A DNA stretch of 5,867 nucleotides from Candidatus Wukongarchaeum yapensis (GCA_016840425.1 JAEOSI010000150.1:1-5867); one strand, 5' to 3'; counted from the stretch's first letter, positions 1 to 5,615 are shown. Made by a program: numbers and translations. Notes: a model not told the origin generated them from the letters alone.

Positions 1-80
1 CCCCACAACAAACCCCACAAATACCCCCACAACAAACCCCACAAATGCCCCCACAACAAACCCCACAAATGCCCCCACAA
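1..80 (+). repeat. 24-bp coding tandem repeat, CCCCCACAACAAACCCCACAAAT(A/G), about 3.4 copies visible
   Basis: Units at 1-23 (lacking the first base), 24-47, 48-71 and a partial unit at 72-80. The only difference among full units is the last base (A vs G; Ile vs Met). The array probably continues beyond the window edge. Confidence 0.95.
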
Positions 81-257
81 CCACAGCCACAAGAGGGGTA
101 TGTGCCTACGTGGGAAAGGGTTGAGACCGGTCCTAGTGAGGCTCCGAGTACTTCACCAGCTCCATCAATGGGATTTTCTAATCCAAGGATGGAGATGTTA
201 AATGAGCTTCAACAAAAACTTGCAAGAAGACGGAGAATGATTGAAGGGTTAGAATGA
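3..257 (+). CDS. 3' part of a gene truncated by the window edge: Pro/Gln-rich low-complexity protein ending in an amphipathic/basic helix (WH2/Ena-VASP FAB-like)
   Basis: The frame of the 45..257 ORF is open back to base 3: PQQTPQI-PPQQTPQM-PPQQTPQM-PPQPQPQEGYVPTWERVETGPSEAPSTSPAPSMGFSNPRMEMLNELQQKLARRRRMIEGLE*. The ATG at 45 lies inside the repeat, so it is probably not the true start. The repeat period (24 nt) is a multiple of 3, as expected for coding sequence. Confidence 0.75.
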   Translation, partial: PQQTPQIPPQQTPQMPPQQTPQMPPQPQPQEGYVPTWERVETGPSEAPSTSPAPSMGFSNPRMEMLNELQQKLARRRRMIEGLE

Positions 258-304
258 AACTGTAATCGGGAAAACAGGGATTACGGTTAATTCTTTAATT
301 TTCT
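258..304 (+). terminator. Stem-loop plus U-rich tract directly after the stop codon; candidate terminator or 3'-end stability element
   Basis: AACTGTAATC (258-267) pairs with GATTACGGTT (279-288): 10 bp with one G-U pair and an 11-nt loop GGGAAAACAGG. It is followed by TTCTTTAATTTTCT (291-304). Confidence 0.5.
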
Positions 305-330
305 AAAATATTTTGGCTGGATGTTTTTGA

Positions 331-780
331 ATGGTTGAATTTCCTATAAGGTCTCTTTATGGATCGTCAAGGTATGGGGTTAGAATAACACCTCTGGGAG
401 AATTTGGGTTAGAATTGAAATGCACAGTAGAATTTTTTGATAGGAGGCACAAAGTAAAAGAAATGCAATGTTCAAGCGTGCTTGAACTTGTTTCGATAAT
501 TAGAGATTTTTGGGAAGAAAATGCAAACATGCCTGTTTTTGATAATCGTTTAGCCTCATGGATGGCGGAATATTTTAACGATATAGGGGTTGAGAGAGTT
601 ACAAAATTTTCTATCCTAGAAATGATGAAAACAGCATTAAAGCCCTCCACAGAGAAACAAGAAACTGATATAAGTGATATAAAAACAGCGGAAAAAAAAG
701 AACAGCAAGTAATAGCAACGGAAGAAGCGGAAGAAAAGAGAGAATACAAAGAGGAAGAGAACAAAGAGGTTGAAAGTTGA
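331..780 (+). CDS. Hypothetical protein, 149 aa: about 100-aa globular-looking N-terminal part and a Glu/Lys-rich low-complexity tail
   Basis: ATG-started ORF that fills the gap between neighbours without overlap and has a purine-rich coding-like bias. No family motif recognised. Confidence 0.75.
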   Translation: MVEFPIRSLYGSSRYGVRITPLGEFGLELKCTVEFFDRRHKVKEMQCSSVLELVSIIRDFWEENANMPVFDNRLASWMAEYFNDIGVERVTKFSILEMMKTALKPSTEKQETDISDIKTAEKKEQQVIATEEAEEKREYKEEENKEVES

Positions 781-791
781 GATTAAGAGGT

Positions 792-2045
792 TTATGGGCT
801 CGAGTTTTGTTTACTAATCTTTTCTTTTGCTTTGGCAAGTTCAGATTCTTTTAGACCTAAGACAAATAGTAGGCTTGTTAAGCTATCATTCGTTATGATG
901 CCAGAAGCTACCTTTGTCAATACTGGTTTTGGATTAAAACCTATTCCTAGACCCGCATTCTCCACCATTATCATGTCATTACTGCCATCTCCCACCGTTA
1001 CTATTTCTTCCTTTGATATGCCTTCTCTTTCAGCTATTTTTTTAACTATTCGCCATTTTGCATCGGCGTCTATTATAGGACCTTCTACCTGACCTGTAAG
1101 GATCCCATCCTGTATCACAAGTTTGTTTCCAAAAGCATAATCTAATCCTAGCTGCTTCTTTATTCGGTCAGTAAAGTAAGTAAAACCACCGCTTATAAGG
1201 GCAAGTTTATAACCCATAGCCTTTAACGCTCGTATCAATTCTTTAGCTCCAGGCGTAAAAATGATGTTTTTTGATATCGACTCCAAAATTTCGATCTTTG
1301 TCCCTTTAAGTAAAAGAACCCTTTCTCTTAAGGCTTCTTCAAACGATATCTCGCCATTCATGGCTTTACTTGTCAATTCTTTTACCTTATGCTGAACTCC
1401 CGTAGCTTCAGCCATTTCGTCGACTATTTCTCCGCTTACAAGGGTGTTATCCATATCAAAAACTATCAACCTTTTTTGCATCTCATGAACATATTTTGGC
1501 TGAATTACAAGGCTTAAACCCATTTCTCCACCAGTATTTTCCAACTTTTCCCTCAAAAAACTGATGGACAGTTTAGAATCGCTAACATCCAAAATCATCT
1601 CTGTGGCGATCACTTCTCCTCTAGCAATCATCCTTATCTGTTCAATATTTATATCAGTCTCCCCGAATATTTCACTAAAAGTAGCTATTATACCCGGTCT
1701 ATCCTTCCCAATAAGAGTTAAGCAATAAAGATCCTTCTCTGATTTTCTTCGCCCTGGTCGCCATGGTTCTATCGTTAAAACTAAGCCTAATTCGGCGCTT
1801 ACTTCTTTAAGTTCTGCTAAAAATTTTTCAACAGAATCGTTTATGTAACCAATATCCACTAAAAGAAACATGGCGAATAAGCCGCGTAAAACGGTTTGAT
1901 CTATATCCACAATGTTCGCGTTATACTTTGCGATAACCCTAGTTACACCGTGAACTAGGCCTGGTCTGTCACGACCAAGAAATGAAACTACAAGGATCTG
2001 ATCCTCATTATTTGAATTTTCTAGAGTTTCACTCAATATCCTCAT
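792..2045 (-). CDS. serB: Phosphoserine phosphatase with two N-terminal ACT domains (417 aa from ATG 2045; the track's TTG at 2081 is less likely)
   Basis: HAD motif I FDMDNTL, motif II LISGGF, motif III Lys (DAKW) and motif IV GDGSND, plus the SerB-typical segment MNGEISFEEALRERVLLLKG. ACT signatures LGRDRPGLV..NIVDI and IGKDRPGII..NIEQI. The candidate TATA box at 2084-2091 lies only 3 nt upstream of the TTG, which favours the ATG start. Confidence 0.93.
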   Translation of the reverse strand: MRILSETLENSNNEDQILVVSFLGRDRPGLVHGVTRVIAKYNANIVDIDQTVLRGLFAMFLLVDIGYINDSVEKFLAELKEVSAELGLVLTIEPWRPGRRKSEKDLYCLTLIGKDRPGIIATFSEIFGETDINIEQIRMIARGEVIATEMILDVSDSKLSISFLREKLENTGGEMGLSLVIQPKYVHEMQKRLIVFDMDNTLVSGEIVDEMAEATGVQHKVKELTSKAMNGEISFEEALRERVLLLKGTKIEILESISKNIIFTPGAKELIRALKAMGYKLALISGGFTYFTDRIKKQLGLDYAFGNKLVIQDGILTGQVEGPIIDADAKWRIVKKIAEREGISKEEIVTVGDGSNDMIMVENAGLGIGFNPKPVLTKVASGIITNDSLTSLLFVLGLKESELAKAKEKISKQNSSP

Positions 2046-2083
2046 GCCTCGATAACTAATCAAAGTAAATATCAAAAACAATC

Positions 2084-2091
2084 TATTTAAA
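2084..2091 (-). promoter_or_regulatory. Candidate TATA box for serB (TTTAAATA)
   Basis: Good match to the archaeal TATA consensus, 39 nt upstream of ATG 2045, implying a leader of roughly 15 nt. The region is AT-rich, so a chance match is possible. Confidence 0.45.
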
Positions 2092-2191
2092 AATAATTAA
2101 CATAAGTTTCCATACCAACAAAGCTTTAATCAATTCAATTTATTTTCAAGGTTAAATTTTTGATTTAATATTTTTTATCTTTTCGAAATTT

Positions 2192-3463
2192 TTGGAGGTA
2201 AATACGACGGAAAGACAAGTTGAAAAGGTGATAGAAGCGGTCGATGCTCAAAACAAGTGGCGGAAACTGGAATGTATAAACCTCATTGCCAGTGAAAACG
2301 TGATGAGCCCTCTTGCAACAAAATTATATGCTAGTGATTTTATGCATCGGTATGCCGAAGGAGATATTGCTCATAGACATTATCAGGGTGGAAAATACGT
2401 CGATGAAGTGGAAGGATTAGCCGTCGAATTGGTGAAGAGACTGTTTAACACTACTTTTACGGATTTGCGCCCTTTAAGCGGATCGATGGCTAACCTAGCA
2501 TGTTTTAAAGCTTTAACGGAGATTGGGGGTGTATTATTTACTTTATCAGTACCTTGTGGGGCACACATTTCCCACCAAAATTTTGGAAGCGTAGGAATTG
2601 TAGGGGGGAAAGTTAAACCTTACCCCTTTGACATAGAAAGAATGAATATAGATGTTGATGCTACCATAAGACAAGTTAAGAAAGAAAAACCCGATCTTCT
2701 TGTTTTTGGAGGAAGTGTCTTTCTTTTCCCTAACCCACTAAAAGAGCTTAGGGAAGTAGCTGATGAATTAGGTATCCGAATAATGTATGATGCTGCTCAC
2801 GTTTTAGGCTTAATAGCCGGAAAAATATTTCAAGACCCTTTACGTGAAGGAGCAGACGTAGTCTCTTCATCTACACACAAGACGCTGCCAGGACCCCAAG
2901 GTGGACTGATATTTACAAACGATGAAGAGCTTTTTGAACGGTTAAAAACTGCGGTTTTCCCAGGGATTGTGAGTAATCATCATTGCCATAGGATTCCTGC
3001 TTTGTGTATAACTTTGCTCGAAATGCAAAAATATGGAGAAGAATATGCAAACAATATTGTGAGAAATGCTCAAAAGCTTGCAGGCGCCTTGGTTGAAAGA
3101 GGTTTTAAAGTTCTTGCAGAATCTTATGGTTTCACTCAATCACATCAAGTTCTTCTAGATGTTTCCTCTTTAGGCGGCGGGAGAAAAGTAGCAAAAGACC
3201 TTGAAAAAGCAAACATAATTGTTAATAAAAACCTCCTACCTTGGGACCCTTTAACCTCAAAGGAAAATCCTTCCGGTATAAGGATAGGGGTCCAGGAAAT
3301 GACACGATTCGGCATGGCATATAATGAGATGGATCAAATAGCTGAATTTATGGAAAAAATCTTGATCAAAGGAAAAAACCCTCATCATAAAAAAGAAGAA
3401 GTAATAAGTTTCAGAAAAGACTTTATCACGCCAAAATTTTGCTTTCAAAACGTGGAAATATGA
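2192..3463 (+). CDS. glyA: Serine hydroxymethyltransferase, archaeal type (PLP-dependent); exact start uncertain
   Basis: Motifs NLIASEN, RYAEG..R.YQG, GAHISH, YDAAHVLGLIAG, STHKTLPGPQGG (PLP Lys230, codon 2879-2881), SNHH, ANIIVNKN and PSGIRIGVQEMTRFGM. YQG, SNHH and GVQEMTR are typical of archaeal SHMTs. Confidence 0.97.
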   Translation: MEVNTTERQVEKVIEAVDAQNKWRKLECINLIASENVMSPLATKLYASDFMHRYAEGDIAHRHYQGGKYVDEVEGLAVELVKRLFNTTFTDLRPLSGSMANLACFKALTEIGGVLFTLSVPCGAHISHQNFGSVGIVGGKVKPYPFDIERMNIDVDATIRQVKKEKPDLLVFGGSVFLFPNPLKELREVADELGIRIMYDAAHVLGLIAGKIFQDPLREGADVVSSSTHKTLPGPQGGLIFTNDEELFERLKTAVFPGIVSNHHCHRIPALCITLLEMQKYGEEYANNIVRNAQKLAGALVERGFKVLAESYGFTQSHQVLLDVSSLGGGRKVAKDLEKANIIVNKNLLPWDPLTSKENPSGIRIGVQEMTRFGMAYNEMDQIAEFMEKILIKGKNPHHKKEEVISFRKDFITPKFCFQNVEI

Positions 3464-3483
3464 CTAAATACGGGGGAGAATTT

Positions 3484-3990
3484 CTAAATTCTTTTACTAC
3501 AGATCTTAACCTCTGTTTCCGTAATTAATTCTAACAAATCGTTCAATTTTTTCTTCTTTTCTTGTCGGTCTACAGTATACAAAGCTTTTTCTCCATATTT
3601 TTTTGCTTCTGATACTTTAATTTCTAAATCTATTAAAAATTTTAGTATGAGAACAGCGCAGTAAAGACCGTTCCATACATAATTCCTTTCCCCTTTAGAA
3701 ACTGATACTTGTACATTGTTGAAAAAGCGCTTTTCAAAAGGATCCAAAGTTCTTGAAGATAAAAACCCTATCTCTTCAGGCGCTGGAAAACTTTCCCAAT
3801 AGCTCAATAAGCCAGGTATTTCTTCAACAACGGATAATACTCCCTCACTAAAAGCTGATGAAACAATTAAAATTATCTTCTCGGGCGTAATTTTCTCCCC
3901 ATAATACCCTACCCTATCTTTTTGTGTTCTACCAAAATCTTTTAGAATTGACAAGATTTTTACTTCCAATCTCTTTTCATAACTTCCCAT
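3484..3990 (-). CDS. Hypothetical protein, 168 aa, with a charged helical C-terminus
   Basis: ATG-started ORF that does not overlap its neighbours and converges on glyA, with a well-placed TATA box upstream. No family recognised. Confidence 0.75.
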   Translation of the reverse strand: MGSYEKRLEVKILSILKDFGRTQKDRVGYYGEKITPEKIILIVSSAFSEGVLSVVEEIPGLLSYWESFPAPEEIGFLSSRTLDPFEKRFFNNVQVSVSKGERNYVWNGLYCAVLILKFLIDLEIKVSEAKKYGEKALYTVDRQEKKKKLNDLLELITETEVKICSKRI

Positions 3991-4014
3991 CCATTAGTAG
4001 ATAATACATACTCT

Positions 4015-4022
4015 TATTTAAA
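4015..4022 (-). promoter_or_regulatory. Candidate TATA box (TTTAAATA) for the 3484..3990 gene; leaderless or near-leaderless transcript
   Basis: The box ends 25 nt upstream of ATG 3990, the spacing expected when transcription starts at or next to the start codon. No Shine-Dalgarno sequence is present. Confidence 0.55.
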
Positions 4023-4113
4023 CTGATATTAAACATGCATCAAATATTCGATAATAATTAAAAATCACGAGGGAAACTAATCAGTGGACTATTAATTGTT
4101 TAGGGGTTAATGA

Positions 4114-4236
4114 AGCCCCCGGTGGGATTTGAACCCACGACCCACCGCTTTCTCGCAACCCTCCTATTTTTTGGCTCCTCTAATACTCTAATCAAATTAC
4201 GAGGCGGTTGCTCTAACCAGGCTGAGCTACGGAGGC
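4114..4236 (-). tRNA. tRNA-Thr(CGT) with an intron at 37/38; CCA not encoded
   Basis: Minus strand folds as: acceptor GCCTCCG/CGGGGGC, D arm GCTC-AGCCTGGTTA-GAGC, anticodon stem ACCGC/GCGGT with loop CT-CGT-A^A, variable GGGTC, T arm GTGGG-TTCAAAT-CCCAC, discriminator U73 followed by TCA. Mature length is 75 nt before CCA addition. Confidence 0.97.
4150..4197 (-). other. 48-nt tRNA intron at the canonical 37/38 position
   Basis: Exon C32-U33-C34-G35 pairs with intron CGAG as the 4-bp central helix. The 3-nt segments U36-A37^A and A-A^A38 occupy the two cleavage-bulge positions, and removal restores a 7-nt anticodon loop. Confidence 0.93.
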
Positions 4237-4249
4237 ACCAAATTTCGTT

Positions 4250-4293
4250 AACCTATTGTAAAACCTGTTTAACTTTCAGGTTTTTTATAGGTT
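4250..4293. repeat. Imperfect inverted repeat (15 paired bp) upstream of the tRNA
   Basis: AACCTAT (4250-4256) pairs with ATAGGTT (4287-4293), and AAAACCTG (4260-4267) pairs with CAGGTTTT (4277-4284), around a 9-nt centre. Confidence 0.85.
4267..4277 (-). promoter_or_regulatory. Candidate BRE-TATA of the tRNA gene (GAAAG-TTAAAC)
   Basis: A purine-rich BRE-like GAAAG directly precedes TTAAA, which ends 32 nt upstream of tRNA position 1. This is consistent with a 5' leader of about 8-10 nt. Confidence 0.5.
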
Positions 4294-4390
4294 TTTATAG
4301 TACATCCTATCTAAAAACCGACCTGTCAAAAAAGAAGAAAAAACACCGAGAAGAATAATTACAATGAGTTAACGTAGAACAGTTGGCTCG

Positions 4391-5506
4391 CTAACTTTTA
4401 TTACTTACTTTTTGAACTGCTGTACGAAAATCTTTTAGCTTTGTTAAACATTTTGTAGCGCTTCCTACTACCCGCCTCAGGCTTATTTTCTTTCCTAATT
4501 TTTTAACAAAAGATATTCTTGAGGGGGTGTTTAATGGTCTTAAAAGATAATTTAAAGCTAAATACTGAGCGGTCATCATATCTGTTTTTTCATAATGGGC
4601 TATTCTTTTTTTATAGTGAATGGGCGTCAAAGAATTCCCTATAAGTTCCGTCATAGTAGCTTCCGGTCCTGTAAATCTATTTGTATCGACCCGCGAACAC
4701 AGTTTTTGACCAGTATTAATCATCTCTTTAAAAGTTTGTATTATCGTGTCTCCCATCTCTCTTAGATTGAGGATTGATGCGAAATGTTGAAGTGTGTACT
4801 GGCTTGTCTCCCTTAACGTAGGTATAAGCCTTGATGGCTGAGGATTACACCCTCTCAAATTAACAAAATTTCTTACCTCTTCTTCCATAGCCATAATCAA
4901 CCATAAAATCGTAGTGTCTTCATCACCTTTTTCCAGAGATATACGAGCATTCCCGGTCCATTTTTCAATCCTTTTCTCGTAAATCTTTGACCGTCCAGAA
5001 ATCCTCTCAGGTGTAAAAAACATCTCTCTTATTTGCTCCTGTATTTCTCCAAAAACTCCCTCCTCTTTATTCTCAATAGGTACTGCCTCGCTCACCGCCC
5101 ATTCCAATTCCGGCGTTATATTATCAAATAATAACGCGGATACTGGCGCATATATCTCATCTATAATGTAACCTTTATGCACAGCTGTACGGTTTATTCT
5201 CGTACTCATTTGACCATCATAATAAGCTTCTTCCTTTTCTAACATGACCACTAAAAGATCTATATCGGAACCTTCATGGACCTCTCCCCGTGCCATTGAA
5301 CCGATCAAAGACACGCTAATAGCACCTTTATTTAAAAGCTTTCTCGCTTTTTTTATAACAAGATCAGGAACCTTCACTTTATGACCTTGATTATTTTCTA
5401 AATCATCGGAATTTAAACCCATATCAAGTTTTTTCCTCTTTTCTGGTAACATACCCATCTCTTCTTTTCCCACTTTTTTACGATTAAAAAGCTTCAAATA
5501 AAGCAT
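4391..5506 (-). CDS. Nucleotidyltransferase of the DNA polymerase beta superfamily (MNT/KNTase-like N-terminal domain plus helical C-terminal region), substrate unknown
   Basis: Motif LIGSMARGEVHEGSDIDLLVV matches hGS-x-a-RG-x(5)-SDxD (G69-S70, D81, D83), with a candidate third carboxylate in YIIDEIY (D116). The start could be M1 (5506), M17, M19 or M29. Confidence 0.85.
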   Translation of the reverse strand: MLYLKLFNRKKVGKEEMGMLPEKRKKLDMGLNSDDLENNQGHKVKVPDLVIKKARKLLNKGAISVSLIGSMARGEVHEGSDIDLLVVMLEKEEAYYDGQMSTRINRTAVHKGYIIDEIYAPVSALLFDNITPELEWAVSEAVPIENKEEGVFGEIQEQIREMFFTPERISGRSKIYEKRIEKWTGNARISLEKGDEDTTILWLIMAMEEEVRNFVNLRGCNPQPSRLIPTLRETSQYTLQHFASILNLREMGDTIIQTFKEMINTGQKLCSRVDTNRFTGPEATMTELIGNSLTPIHYKKRIAHYEKTDMMTAQYLALNYLLRPLNTPSRISFVKKLGKKISLRRVVGSATKCLTKLKDFRTAVQKVSNKS

Positions 5507-5530
5507 AAATAAAGTAAAAAAATCTTCATG

Positions 5531-5546
5531 ATTATATGCTTTTTAC
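5531..5546 (-). promoter_or_regulatory. Possible BRE/TATA for the nucleotidyltransferase gene (TAAAAAGCATATAAT-like)
   Basis: ATATAA ends 26 nt upstream of ATG 5506 and is preceded by an A-run. The match is weak and the context is AT-rich. Confidence 0.3.
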
Positions 5547-5615
5547 CGCCAAAAAAATTCGTAAAATATTCCTTACATATTATCAATTATAACTTAAATA
5601 AAAATTTATCGCCAT

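Noticed and set aside
1-80. Telomere-like or CRISPR-like repeat
   Set aside because: The units are contiguous with no spacers, and the period is a multiple of 3 in an open frame, so it is a coding repeat.
201-245. ESCRT-III MIM1 motif (LxxRLxxL) in ELQQKLARRR
   Set aside because: The last conserved Leu is replaced by Arg, and the FAB/WH2-like pattern fits better.
254-293. Selenocysteine recoding or SECIS: AUGA, a stem and an A-rich loop look superficially like a eukaryote/Loki-type SECIS, and the stop codon is UGA
   Set aside because: The 3' side of the core reads UAAU rather than NGAN, so the tandem G-A pair is missing. The helix is only 9-10 bp, and read-through would add just 10 residues (NCNRENRDYG) with no redox motif.
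357-1092. ORFs 357..764 (-), 611..838 (-) and 832..1092 (+)
   Set aside because: Antisense shadows of the 331..780 gene and serB, with biased composition and no motifs.
2120-2188. Palindromes AAAGCTTT (2120-2127) and TTTCGAAA (2181-2188) in the serB-glyA spacer
   Set aside because: 8-bp AT-rich palindromes are expected by chance at this composition, and they share no consensus.
2383-3448. ORFs 2383..2568, 2942..3139 and 3257..3448 (-)
   Set aside because: Short antisense shadows within glyA.
4111-4150. Prophage or island attachment site at the tRNA 3' end
   Set aside because: No second copy of the tRNA 3' sequence and no integrase or transposase in the window.
4150-4197. Intron-encoded box C/D guide RNA, as in archaeal pre-tRNA-Trp
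   Set aside because: Only a weak box C-like UUGAUUA is present, there is no CUGA box D, and the intron is too short.
4110-4358. 82-aa ORF MKPPVGFEPTT...
   Set aside because: Typical spurious translation of a tRNA antisense strand (GFEP from the T arm).
4391-5506. CCA-adding enzyme for the adjacent CCA-less tRNA
   Set aside because: Archaeal class I CCA enzymes are longer and have conserved body and tail motifs that I do not see here. Only the generic Pol-beta motif is shared.
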